Source: an uncultured Verrucomicrobiota bacterium (GTDB taxonomy: Bacteria > Verrucomicrobiota > Kiritimatiellia > RFP12 > UBA1067). From it: a DNA stretch of 64,000 nucleotides. Location of the stretch: the NCBI GenBank assembly GCA_946544115.1, contig CAMNLW010000002.1, positions 6,729-70,728 on the forward strand. Reading direction: 5' to 3'. The notes under the pieces are model-generated. The model was not told the DNA's origin. It saw only the letters and a program-made list of their open reading frames with translations, and ran no database searches. Of the stretch, positions 18,726 to 27,560 are shown piece after piece. Numbering within the stretch: the first letter of the stretch is position 1; every line of letters begins with the position of its first letter. A program made the position numbers and the translations under genes.

Positions 18726-19441
18726 TCCGACGGCAGCAGGTACTCTTCGCCGTTCTTGTGGGCGATGTTGTACTTGGCAAGCTCCTCCAGAACCGGACCC
18801 GAAAGTATATTGCCGTTGTCGTTGAAGAACTTCTCTAGAGCTGCGCGCTTTTTAGCGAGGTTTCCGCTGGACTCGTTGGCTACAAGCACGCCCTCCAGCA
18901 GTTGTGCACGGCGAACGCGCCCTTCGGCCTCGGCGCGGTCGCGCGCCTCTTTGACTGCCTCTATCACATGGTCGCGCGTTTCGCCTGGGAAGCGGTCGGG
19001 AAGCTCTATGTCACGGTCGAGAAGAGCAAGCGCGTTGGGATTTCTAGACTGTTCATCAAAGTGGCGCTCCTGCTCCTCGGCAAGCCTGGCCGAAAGTTCG
19101 GCAACTCTTATCTTAAGGCCGTTCACCTCTGCCGCCGCCGCCGCGAGAGCCTTGTTAGCATCATCAAGCTCGGCCTTCAAGCGCTCGTTTTCACTCTTCA
19201 GACCGTCGTTTGACTCATTTTCAAGCGTCTGTATCTTCTGTTGAAGAGTTTCAACCTTCTCCTCAAGTTTGGCCTTGTCTACTGCAAGCTCCTCTACAAC
19301 GGCTTTCTGTACGTCCAGTTCGGGCGCAGTCTCTTCCACAGTCTCAGCTTCGGCAGAGGTCTCCTCGACCTTTTCTTCGGCCTCATCTTCTCCGTTCGCA
19401 GCAGCCATTATGCTCTGTGCAAGAAATTCTTCCATTCTCAT
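18704..19441 (-). CDS. Acidic coiled-coil protein of unknown function
   Basis: 245-aa product. Glu-rich N-terminus and heptad-like region (LEEKVETLQQKIQTLENE...LKAELDDANKAL). Start overlaps the stop of the upstream methyltransferase (ATGA). Confidence 0.35.
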   Translation of the reverse strand: MRMEEFLAQSIMAAANGEDEAEEKVEETSAEAETVEETAPELDVQKAVVEELAVDKAKLEEKVETLQQKIQTLENESNDGLKSENERLKAELDDANKALAAAAAEVNGLKIRVAELSARLAEEQERHFDEQSRNPNALALLDRDIELPDRFPGETRDHVIEAVKEARDRAEAEGRVRRAQLLEGVLVANESSGNLAKKRAALEKFFNDNGNILSGPVLEELAKYNIAHKNGEEYLLPSEILTRMY

Positions 19442-20676
19442 GACAGATTCTGTCCTTTCAGTTCACAACCGGGGTATATGAAAAGCCGGCAGTCGATTGG
19501 TCCGTTGAAGAACGGAACTCTTGTCTTGTAATAAAGGTTTACGAGACGCGCGAGATCGGGATTACCGGTTATAAGCCCTCCAGTCCAGCCGCCGCACTTC
19601 TCGTTCATGAAAGTCCCTATGCGCTCGTAGACGGGCGCGAGCTCTTCGTATGTTCCAAGCCTGATTCCGTATTCCGGGTTGAAAAACACACATCCTTTGC
19701 CTTTTCCTTCGGGAACAGGCGTTTCGGCGAAGTCGCACACCTTGAACTCGATGTATGGCGCGACTCCCGCGGCAATGGCATTGTAGTGGGCGTTTTCAAC
19801 TGCATCCGGCGATATGTCGGTCGCCACAATGCAAGGCATTGAATCGGTCCTTTCCTCTTCTTTGGCGTCGAGGACCATTTCCTTCCATATCTGCTCCGGC
19901 GTCGCGCCGGCCCTCTGGCGAGGCGCAACCTTTGCTGCTGTCTCGCCCGGAATCATGCGCGTATACCCTTTTATCGACTGGAAGGCAAAATGTCCCTTCA
20001 GCGAACCCGGCGCTTTGTTCATCGCCATCATCGCCGCCTCTATCGCAGGCGTTCCGCTTCCGCACATCGGCGCCAGAAAAGGCGCGCGTCTGTCCCAATG
20101 CATTGCCATTATGCACGCCGCCGCAAGAGTTTCCTGCATCGGCGCCGAACCGGGAATCTTGCGGTAGCCGCGCTTTGAAAGCGGTTCCCCCGAAGTGTCG
20201 AGGTATATTATCACCTCATCCCTCTCCCAGTATACGAACACCGCCGACCCTATGTTCTCGCCGCCGGAATCAGGCCGGCGCTGACATCTTTCGCGCATTC
20301 TGTCGGCTATAGCGTCCTTCGTATAGAGCGAAGGCAGCCTTGTATCGCGTATTGTGTTGTTGTGGACGACCGACGAAACAGAGAAATACCCGTCCGCCTC
20401 TATGATGTTCTCCCAGTCTATCGAAAACGCAGCCTCGTAAAGGTCCCTTATGTTGCGGCAACGCGTCCGGAGAAGCGGCACCAGCACGCGGTGGGCCGTC
20501 CTCAGGCGCAGATTGAGCTTCATGACATCTCGCATGGAGCCCCTCACAACCACTGTGTTCTCTGTGACCTCTATTGGCTTGTAGCCAAAATCCCTTACCT
20601 CTATCTCCGTCCAGCGCGAAAGTTCCTTCGCGCAGGATATTATTATCGGATAGTTCCTGTCCGTCCAGATTTTCAT
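19438..20676 (-). CDS. THUMP-domain class I SAM-dependent RNA methyltransferase (RlmL/Trm14-like)
   Basis: 412-aa product. N-terminal ferredoxin-like/THUMP region, then a methyltransferase core with MCGSGT (motif I) and the catalytic NPEYG (N/D-PPY-type) motif. Confidence 0.6.
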   Translation of the reverse strand: MKIWTDRNYPIIISCAKELSRWTEIEVRDFGYKPIEVTENTVVVRGSMRDVMKLNLRLRTAHRVLVPLLRTRCRNIRDLYEAAFSIDWENIIEADGYFSVSSVVHNNTIRDTRLPSLYTKDAIADRMRERCQRRPDSGGENIGSAVFVYWERDEVIIYLDTSGEPLSKRGYRKIPGSAPMQETLAAACIMAMHWDRRAPFLAPMCGSGTPAIEAAMMAMNKAPGSLKGHFAFQSIKGYTRMIPGETAAKVAPRQRAGATPEQIWKEMVLDAKEEERTDSMPCIVATDISPDAVENAHYNAIAAGVAPYIEFKVCDFAETPVPEGKGKGCVFFNPEYGIRLGTYEELAPVYERIGTFMNEKCGGWTGGLITGNPDLARLVNLYYKTRVPFFNGPIDCRLFIYPGCELKGQNLS

Positions 20677-20721
20677 CGGTTCACCATTGACCTTTTCGAT
20701 TTCTGCCGCCTGCTGCGCCTC

Positions 20722-21816
20722 TTAGCTTATCCTCAAAGGCATCAGCACATAGAGGAACGGTATGGAGCACTTTATTACCGCAGGTGAATGGCCGTTGTTC
20801 AGGTTTATGGAAACCTCGTCGTCGTCAATCGCCTTGAGAGGATCCATCACATAGTTCGGATTGAACATTATCTCGATCGTCTCACCGCCGTACTTGATCG
20901 GCACTTCGTCGGTAGCCTCGCCTATCTCGCTCGCGGCGGATGTCACAGTAAGCCTGTTCGCGTCGAAAATGAGCTTGGTCGAATGGGCCTCGTCCATCGT
21001 CATCACGCTCGCGCGCTCAAGAGCGTCGAGCAGCAACTGCCTGTCTATGACAATCGTGTGCTGGCATTCCGCCGGAATTACCTGACGGTAGTTGGGATAG
21101 GCGTCGTCCATAAGCTTGGAGTATATCTGGACCGACCCGAGATTGAAGCTTATCTTCGTCCTCTGTATGTTGATTTTTACATCCCCTTCCCCGGCAAGAG
21201 AGCGCTGAAGTTCCTGCACCGCCTTCGACGGCAGCACAATATCGCGCTCGGAGGTCTTCGGGAACTCCATTTCCCTCTCAACCAACGCAAGCCTGCGCCC
21301 GTCGGTCGCGACCATTGTAAGCTTCGCGTCCTTGAAACTCATGAGAACTCCCTTGAGCGTCCGGCGCGTATCGTCCTGCGACGCCGCATACGCCGTCTTC
21401 CTGAGCATCTCCTGAAGCGTCTGCCTAGGCATGATGTATTCGCAGCTGTCCTCTTCGCCGCCGAGTTTCGGGAAATCCGCCTCAGGCTTGCCGTTGAGCT
21501 TGTAGCTGGCGCTTCCCGCGCGTATAACCGCCTTCTCGCCGCCGTCTATGTCGACCTCTACAATCCCCTCCGGAGCCTTCCCGATAAGGTTGAACAGAAG
21601 CTTCACCGGAAGCGTCGACGCCCCTTCCACGGAAACCTCGCACTCTACAGTGCTCACTATTGATATATCCAGATCGGTCGTCGTAAGCTTGAGCTCCCCG
21701 CCGCGCGCCTCGATCATCACATTCTGCAGAATCGGCAACGAACCCTTGCCGGCGACAATGCTCTGCACAGGCTTTAGAGCCTCGATGAACTTGCTGCGAA
21801 CTATGCTGAATTTCAT
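20722..21816 (-). CDS. dnaN: DNA polymerase III beta sliding clamp
   Basis: 364-aa product. MKFSIVRSKFIEALKPVQSIV...LPILQNVMIEA and the three-domain length are typical of DnaN. Lies immediately downstream of dnaA. Confidence 0.85.
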   Translation of the reverse strand: MKFSIVRSKFIEALKPVQSIVAGKGSLPILQNVMIEARGGELKLTTTDLDISIVSTVECEVSVEGASTLPVKLLFNLIGKAPEGIVEVDIDGGEKAVIRAGSASYKLNGKPEADFPKLGGEEDSCEYIMPRQTLQEMLRKTAYAASQDDTRRTLKGVLMSFKDAKLTMVATDGRRLALVEREMEFPKTSERDIVLPSKAVQELQRSLAGEGDVKINIQRTKISFNLGSVQIYSKLMDDAYPNYRQVIPAECQHTIVIDRQLLLDALERASVMTMDEAHSTKLIFDANRLTVTSAASEIGEATDEVPIKYGGETIEIMFNPNYVMDPLKAIDDDEVSINLNNGHSPAVIKCSIPFLYVLMPLRIS

Positions 21817-22071
21817 TTCTCTTTCCTTTCTCTGCCCACTGAGGGGCTTTGGGTTGTTATTGTATCAAATACTGTTACTGAAATAAAGGGTTAATTTACT
21901 ATTACCTATTAGGTGTGTCGACAGTGTAGACAACTCGCGAAACCCCTGCGCCGCAAGGCTTTCACGCGTTTTGATCTGTTGATATCCGTTCATGCTGCCG
22001 GTTGACATCTTTTCACAACCGCCTTTCCCTGTTGACAACCCGGGTTTTGCGGACAGTTTATCTACAGGATT

Positions 22072-23490
22072 TCAGACGCTTTTATCCTCCACCCCGTCCA
22101 GCCCCAGGCCGAAATCCGTGACAATCGAAATCAGGTTTTCCTTGAGTTCCGGTTCTACATCCAGCCTCTTCGCTATCGTCTTCACTCCGTGAAGAACAGT
22201 CGCGTGCGACTTTTCAAACTCCTTCGCGATCTCCGGCAGGCTCTTTGTCGTGTACTTTCGCGCGATATACATCGCGAGCTGGCGCGGCGTAACAAGCGAC
22301 ACCGTCCTTTCTATTGAAAGTATCTGCTCCACCGTCACGGAGTATTTAGCCGCCACCGCCGCCTGAATCTCCTTTATAGTGACCTTTTTCTGCTTCTTCT
22401 CCTTTTCTATGAAGTCTTTGAGAAGGTGCGATAGTATCTCGTTGTTGAGTTTTATGGTGCTGTCGAGTTTCATCATAACCGAAACCTTCCCAAGCGCGCC
22501 CTCCATCGCCCTCACATGGCTCTTTATGTTCTGGGCTATGAATTTAAGCGTGTCTTCTGGAACTGACGGTACCATACCCTCTGACTTCTTCTTCAGAATC
22601 GCAAGACGCGTCTCGTAGCTCGGCTGCTCGATCTCCTGGACCATACCCCATTCAAATCGCGATATAAGCCTCGGTTCTATCCCTGGCAGATCCTTCGGGG
22701 CGACATCGCTAGTCATTACAATCTGCTTGCCGTCGTTATGCAGAGAGTTGAATGTATTGAAGAATTCCTCCTGAAAGTCCTTTCCTCGGCTCATGAACTG
22801 TATATCGTCGACCAGGAGAACGTCTATCTTGCGGTACCTGTCGCGAAACTGCTGTATAGAGGAGCTCGTAAGTGCGTTCACATATTCGTTCAGAAACCTC
22901 TCGGCTGTTAGATAGCATACCGACGAAGAAGGATTCTTCCTCTTTATGTCGTTTCCTATAGCCTGCATTATGTGGGTTTTGCCAAGCCCCGTCCCGCCGT
23001 GGATGAAAAGAGGATTGTACCCCTTCTTGCCCGGCTCCTTCGCAGCGCCTTTCGCCGCCGCGTGAGCCCAGCTGTTCGACGGACCCGTCACGAACTCTTC
23101 AAACGTGTAGTCTTCGTTGAGTGGCATAGTCGAAACGAAATGCGCCGCCGGCTTTTCAGGCGCCGCCGCGTCCTTGCTCTTGCGATGCGGCACCACTATC
23201 GCCGGGTTCAAGCTCTCGTCGAACTTGAACTCCAGCCTTATAGCCTCGCCCCCGTCGGATAGAACAAGCGCGTTTTTGAGTTTCGTCGAGTAGTTGTCGC
23301 GCAGCATCTCCGCCGCAAACTTGTTCGCGGTGAATATGGTGTAAAGACCGTCCTTCTCGGTTATTGAAGTCACCATGGAGAAATGGCGCCTCGCCTGATC
23401 TTTCTCCTCTTGGGTGGATAGCGTCGAGACATAAAGGTCTTTCGCCTTTTGCCAAGCGTCTTTCGCCCTTGTGTCCTGCATGTCTTTCAT
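22072..23490 (-). CDS. dnaA: Chromosomal replication initiator protein
   Basis: 472-aa product. AAA+ Walker A GGTGLGKTH, sensor motifs and a C-terminal DNA-binding domain (VTIKEIQAAVAAKYSV...). TGGTATTAT promoter upstream. Confidence 0.9.
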   Translation of the reverse strand: MKDMQDTRAKDAWQKAKDLYVSTLSTQEEKDQARRHFSMVTSITEKDGLYTIFTANKFAAEMLRDNYSTKLKNALVLSDGGEAIRLEFKFDESLNPAIVVPHRKSKDAAAPEKPAAHFVSTMPLNEDYTFEEFVTGPSNSWAHAAAKGAAKEPGKKGYNPLFIHGGTGLGKTHIMQAIGNDIKRKNPSSSVCYLTAERFLNEYVNALTSSSIQQFRDRYRKIDVLLVDDIQFMSRGKDFQEEFFNTFNSLHNDGKQIVMTSDVAPKDLPGIEPRLISRFEWGMVQEIEQPSYETRLAILKKKSEGMVPSVPEDTLKFIAQNIKSHVRAMEGALGKVSVMMKLDSTIKLNNEILSHLLKDFIEKEKKQKKVTIKEIQAAVAAKYSVTVEQILSIERTVSLVTPRQLAMYIARKYTTKSLPEIAKEFEKSHATVLHGVKTIAKRLDVEPELKENLISIVTDFGLGLDGVEDKSV

Positions 23491-23955
23491 CTTTTTCTTC
23501 TTTCAAGTTTCGCATATATAATACCATAATTTTTGACGCCATGGGCATAAAAGAAATAGTCATATGTCTACACTTTATCAACAGCCTCATGTTGATAACT
23601 ATTGTCTCCCGCGCGAGGACGCAATTTGAATGTTCCTGAATATATACCGTTGCCGACGCCCTGTTACAATTGACCCTCCCAAACAACCCCTCGCGAAACC
23701 ACTGATTTTATTGCGGCTTTTGGCCACCACCCCTCTCAAAGCCCTATAAACATTGGCTCTCGACGCCTGTTGATAACCGTTAGATAATGGTTCACATAAG
23801 TTCACAATTTTCCCCTTGACAAAATGCCGCCTTGTCATGAAACCCTTGTTTTTCAGGCTTTTTTGAACATTTCTCCTCCGCAGATTGACGCATAATACAG
23901 AAAATATTTTTGTTCACAACCTAGTAGATAATATGGTATAATGCCCGCCAGTGAA
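23491..23955. promoter_or_regulatory. dnaA-mnmG intergenic region with DnaA-box-like motifs; candidate oriC or dnaA autoregulatory region
   Basis: A 465-bp non-coding spacer, lower in GC than its flanks. Contains ttatcaaca, tgttgataa (twice) and TGTGAAC-type variants (gttcacataag, gttcacaatt, ttgttcacaac). Also contains divergent promoters for dnaA and mnmG. Confidence 0.45.
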
Positions 23956-26013
23956 ATGAACAGCAATCACTTCGAAATCATCGTTGTCGGCGGCGGACAC
24001 GCCGGAGCGGAAGCAGCCCTCGCGTCCGCCAGAATGGGAGCCAAAACACTCCTCGTCACCTCATGCCGTGACGCCATCGCGCGAATGCCCTGCAACCCTT
24101 CTATCGGAGGCCTCGCCAAAAGCCATCTCGTCTACGAACTGGACGCAATGGGCGGCGAAATGGGTAGAAACGCCGATGCCACGGCCCTTCAGTCAAAAAC
24201 CCTCAACCTCAGCCGCGGCCCCGCAGTATGGGCCACCCGCGCCCAATGCGCCAAGCTGGAATACACCCGCAGAATGCAGCAGGTTGTCGAAACCCAGCCC
24301 AACTTGACCGTACTCGAGGACAGCGTAATAGACTTGATCGTCGACAATGATGGTCAAACTCTGTCTCCTCCAAGTGCTGATGGCCAAACTGCGCTTGACC
24401 AATTCTCAGTCTGCGGAGTCAAAACTCTTCTCAGTGGCTCTTTCTACGCACGCTCCATAGTCGTAACCGCCGGTACTTCCCTTCGTGGCAGAATATGGAT
24501 AGGAAAAGAGTCAAAAGAGAGCGGCGGCGATTCCCGCCCTGCCGTGAACCAGCTCTCGGCCGCGCTTTCCCGCCTTGGCTTTGACTTGATACGCCTTAAA
24601 ACCGGTACTCCTCCGCGCCTCAAGGCCTCATCCTGCGATTTTACCAGATGTTTGCGGCAGGATGGCGAGTCGCCCCGCCCATTGTTCCACGTGGAACAAT
24701 CTACAGCCTCCGATTCCTCTTCCATATCATCGCCTCCAGGCGCCGCAATGTTCCACGTGGAACAATCTGCCGCCTCCGATCCCTCTTTCATATCATCGCC
24801 TCCAGGCTCCGCAATGTTCCACGTGGAACAATCTACAACCTCCGATCCATCTTCCATATCATCGCCTCCAGGCGCTGCAATGTTCCACGTGGAACAATCT
24901 GCCGCGCTTTCTCCTGCTGAAAAGGGCGGCAATCCCCCGATGTTCCACGTGGAACATTGCCCGCCGCTGCCCGAAATGCCGTGCTGGCAGACCCATACAA
25001 CGCCTCTCACCCACCAGATAATACGGGATAATCTATCCAATTCAGCCCTCTACGGCGGCGCGATCCAGGGAACCGGCGTTCGATACTGCCCGTCGATAGA
25101 GGATAAAATCGTCCGCTTTGCCGACGCCGACCAGCACCATGTTATGCTGGAACCCGAGGACTCCGCCGGGACGGTGATCTATCCCAACGGTCTCAGCTGC
25201 AGCCTGCCGCGCGATGTACAGGAGAAAATGGTTCATTCTGTGCCGGGCCTTGAAAACGCCGAGTTCCTGGCTTACGCCTATGCCATAGAATATGACGGAA
25301 TCGACGCGCGCGAGCTTAAACATTCCCTTGAATCCAAGCGCATACGCGGCCTGTTCTTTGCCGGACAGGTCAACGGCACGACCGGCTACGAGGAAGCCGC
25401 CGCACAAGGCTTCATGGCAGGCGTGAACGCCGTCTTTTCCGCGCGCGGTGAAGAGCCGCTTGTCTTGAGCCGTCAAGATGCCTACATAGGCGTCATGATA
25501 GACGATCTCGTGACGAAGGGGACAGATGAACCCTACAGAATCTTCACCAGCCGCGCCGAGCGCCGCCTTATCCTGCGCCAGGATAACGCCCGCTACCGCC
25601 TTGCCGATGCCGCCGAGCGGATAGGCATACGTCCGCGAGCCTTCCTGGACGAGACGCGCCGCTTTATGGCGATCCTCGATAAAGCCCTTGCCGAAAACCG
25701 CGCTGCCACCGTTATCGACGCCTCTCTGCCGCCGGAAGCATGCCGACGCCTTGACGATGAACTTGCAATTATGCGACGCTACGCGCCATACATAGAGCAG
25801 GAAAAACGGGCGGCAGAACGGGCCAAAGCCGACGAAACATTGGCCATTCCCCGGTGGCTGGACTACGACAAGTGCGTCGCCGTGAGGTTCGAAAGCCGCG
25901 AAAAGCTGAAGAAGTACCGCCCCGAAAACCTTGCGCAGGCTTCTCGCATACCGGGCGTGAACCCCAGCGATGTGGCGATTCTTGCTATTATAATAAGGAG
26001 AGGCCATGTATAA
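23956..26013 (+). CDS. mnmG: tRNA uridine-5-carboxymethylaminomethyl modification enzyme MnmG/GidA, carrying an in-frame repeat insertion
   Basis: [21 protein letters not shown] (FAD-binding GGGHAG), [13 protein letters not shown] and [16 protein letters not shown] all align with E. coli MnmG. Start taken at 23956 because the ATG at 23941 lies inside the TGGTATAAT -10 element. Confidence 0.85.
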   Translation: MNSNHFEIIVVGGGHAGAEAALASARMGAKTLLVTSCRDAIARMPCNPSIGGLAKSHLVYELDAMGGEMGRNADATALQSKTLNLSRGPAVWATRAQCAKLEYTRRMQQVVETQPNLTVLEDSVIDLIVDNDGQTLSPPSADGQTALDQFSVCGVKTLLSGSFYARSIVVTAGTSLRGRIWIGKESKESGGDSRPAVNQLSAALSRLGFDLIRLKTGTPPRLKASSCDFTRCLRQDGESPRPLFHVEQSTASDSSSISSPPGAAMFHVEQSAASDPSFISSPPGSAMFHVEQSTTSDPSSISSPPGAAMFHVEQSAALSPAEKGGNPPMFHVEHCPPLPEMPCWQTHTTPLTHQIIRDNLSNSALYGGAIQGTGVRYCPSIEDKIVRFADADQHHVMLEPEDSAGTVIYPNGLSCSLPRDVQEKMVHSVPGLENAEFLAYAYAIEYDGIDARELKHSLESKRIRGLFFAGQVNGTTGYEEAAAQGFMAGVNAVFSARGEEPLVLSRQDAYIGVMIDDLVTKGTDEPYRIFTSRAERRLILRQDNARYRLADAAERIGIRPRAFLDETRRFMAILDKALAENRAATVIDASLPPEACRRLDDELAIMRRYAPYIEQEKRAAERAKADETLAIPRWLDYDKCVAVRFESREKLKKYRPENLAQASRIPGVNPSDVAILAIIIRRGHV
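24672..24960 (+). repeat. In-frame tandem repeat inside mnmG (4 x 66 bp plus a 60-bp variant), each unit carrying the perfect palindrome TGTTCCACGTGGAACA
   Basis: Palindromes start at about 24683, 24749, 24815, 24881 and 24941. Encodes repeated FHVEQS(A/T)(A/T)SD(P/S)S(S/F)ISSPPG(A/S)AM units. The native MnmG segment (P-x-FSF in E. coli) corresponds to the final PMFHVEH copy. Confidence 0.85.
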
Positions 26014-26049
26014 TCGCCCCTGAGAAGGGGGCTTGCTGCAAGGATGGAA

Positions 26050-26166
26050 AAAAGTTAAAAAAGTCTGTCATCGATCGTCACGCCGTGCATACATTCTCTT
26101 GGTTAAACTTGTTGCTCGAACCGAAGCGTCATCTTCAGCGCTTCGGTTTCGTGTATCTAGAGCACG
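26050..26166 (+). repeat. Copy 1 of a ~117-bp direct repeat that contains a GC-rich hairpin (cgaaccgaagcg...cgcttcggtttcg)
   Basis: Near-identical to 26320-26436 (2-3 mismatches). Lies 36 bp after the mnmG stop. Confidence 0.8.
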
Positions 26167-26199
26167 TCTTCCCTCCTAAAAACACCCCCCTGGGGGTTG

Positions 26200-26310
26200 A
26201 AGGGCGCTGGTTGGGGGGTAGCACCGTGCTACCCCTAGGGGTAGCGCCGCGCTACCCCCGGGGTAGGGTTCGGCTACCCTCAGAGGGTAAAAAAACTACC
26301 CCCTCCCTGC
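26200..26310 (+). repeat. Tandem GGGGTAGC...GCTACCCC palindromic hairpins
   Basis: ggggtagcaccgtgctacccc and ggggtagcgccgcgctacccc are perfect 10-bp-arm hairpins. They are followed by degenerate copies (gggtagggttcggctaccc; gagggtaaaaaaactaccccctc). Confidence 0.7.
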
Positions 26311-26319
26311 CGCCAAAAA

Positions 26320-26436
26320 AAATCGTAAAAAAGTTTGTCATCGGTCGTCACGCCGTGCATACATTCTCTTGGTTAAACTTGTTGCTCGAACCGAAGCGTC
26401 ATCTTCAGCGCTTCGGTTTCGTGTATCTAGAGCACG
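26320..26436 (+). repeat. Copy 2 of the ~117-bp direct repeat
   Basis: Same sequence as 26050-26166, offset by 270 bp. Followed immediately by the strong promoter at 26486. Confidence 0.8.
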
Positions 26437-26485
26437 CCTCTCCTCCCGGTTTTTCCACCCGCAAAAAAAAAATTCGCCACCCCCA

Positions 26486-26515
26486 TTGACAAGCGAACAG
26501 AAAATATGATACAAT
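26486..26515 (+). promoter_or_regulatory. Sigma-70-type promoter with a consensus -35 and an extended -10
   Basis: TTGACA (26486-26491), an 18-nt spacer, then TGATACAAT (TACAAT 26510-26515). This is the only clear -35/-10 pair in the window. Confidence 0.6.
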
Positions 26516-26521
26516 ACCCGC

Positions 26522-26744
26522 GTTCTTGAGCAAGGAAGGGGTTTCGGATGGGATGTCCGAGCCTGTGGTTAACGGACAAGGTCAATCCAGCCGTCAGCCC
26601 TGAACTGCGAGGGGACAACAAGTTAACCACCTGTAGTGGACTGATGGCGACGGCGGTCGGGTGACCGCAGGAGCTGCGGAAAGCGAAGGGTACGAGCGAG
26701 GGTCCAACAAGCCCGAACTCACAAAAAAAGAAAGAAACAGAAAA
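26522..26744 (+). ncRNA. Conserved, probably structured, ~220-nt 5' leader (copy A)
   Basis: About 85-90% identical over ~180 nt to the reverse complement of 54080-54260. Shared blocks: ggatgggatgtccgagcctgtggttaacggacaaggtcaatccagccgt..gccctgaactgcgaggggacaa.aagttaaccacct, ggcggtcgggtgaccgca and caacaagcccga. Internal complementarity is visible (gtggttaac / gttaaccac; gcggtc / gaccgc). Confidence 0.55.
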
Positions 26745-27473
26745 ATGAAGAAGCTCATGCTTGTTGCTGCTGTTGCAGCGATTGCTGGCGGCGCGTTCGC
26801 CGCTTGCGAGGAAGATACCGCGTGCGTTTACGCGTACAAGATGACCCTCACGGGCAAGTCCACGGTTCCGCTCGCCAAGAAGGGCAATGCCTCCAAGTGC
26901 GTTGACGCCGCTTGCTTCCGCAAGGTCGGTTCCTACAAGGTCACTGGTTATGTCTTCGGCACGACCACCGACAACACCAATCCTGACGAGTGCATCGAAG
27001 GTTGCGCTTGCAACGATTTCTCCGCGATCAAGTCCGTTCTCTGGAACACTGGCACCAAGACGCTCCTGACCGACGCGCTCGAGATCAAGCAGCTCGACCT
27101 CATCGGCGCTGATGCCAAGTCCGCTGAAATCGTCGCCACGCTTGGCGATCTCACGCTCGCCGGCTTCGGCAAGTACAACACGAAGACCCTCAAGCTCACG
27201 TCCGCGTCGGGCAACTTCGCCGGCCAGGTCGCCGCTCCCAAGTGCTCGACCTGCACGTACAATGCTGACACCTGCGATGACACCTGCGAAGAGACCGACT
27301 CGGCCGTGTTCGCGGTTTGCACGCTGGAGGCCACTACCGCCGAGACGACCGCTGCTTACGGCAAGTGGAGCCTCAAGACCAACGCTGCCGCCGTCAAGAA
27401 GCTCACGAAGAACTACTCTGAAGAGGGCACGGTTCTCATTCCGTCGAACGTGAAAGTAGTTCAGGTTCCGTAA
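26745..27473 (+). CDS. Secreted Cys-rich protein (243 aa) of unknown function
   Basis: Signal peptide MKKLMLVAAVAAIAGGAFAA, then 13 Cys in the mature part (CEEDTAC, CVDAAC, CIEGCAC, CSTCTYNADTCDDTCEE). The track ORF 26661 is an upstream extension through the leader. Confidence 0.55.
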   Translation: MKKLMLVAAVAAIAGGAFAACEEDTACVYAYKMTLTGKSTVPLAKKGNASKCVDAACFRKVGSYKVTGYVFGTTTDNTNPDECIEGCACNDFSAIKSVLWNTGTKTLLTDALEIKQLDLIGADAKSAEIVATLGDLTLAGFGKYNTKTLKLTSASGNFAGQVAAPKCSTCTYNADTCDDTCEETDSAVFAVCTLEATTAETTAAYGKWSLKTNAAAVKKLTKNYSEEGTVLIPSNVKVVQVP

Positions 27474-27560
27474 TTCCAACGATTGAGTGAACGCTAAAAC
27501 GGGCGGGGGGGCTTTTAAAAGTCTTCCTGCTCGTTTTCACATGAAAAAATGAGGTACGAC

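Noticed and set aside
24672-24960. Possibility that the mnmG repeat disrupts the gene (pseudogene)
   Set aside because: The repeat length is a multiple of 3 (66 and 60 bp). The frame runs uninterrupted for 685 aa, and downstream MnmG motifs are intact.
25854-26489. 211-aa ORF spanning the 117-bp repeats and GGGGTAGC hairpins
   Set aside because: It reads straight through tandem repeats and palindromes, and the duplicated peptide segments are an artefact of the repeat. There is no promoter or RBS.
26545-26640. tRNA-like appearance of the conserved leader (gtccgagcctgtggttaacggac resembles a long D-arm; ggtcaatcc resembles a T-loop)
   Set aside because: No acceptor stem, anticodon arm or proper GTTCRANYC T-loop can be assembled. 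It is more likely a structured leader than a tRNA or tmRNA.
27474-27560. Possible intrinsic terminator after the Cys-rich protein gene (gggcgggggggcttttaaaag)
   Set aside because: G-rich followed by a T-run, but no convincing inverted-repeat stem could be drawn, so it is left unannotated.
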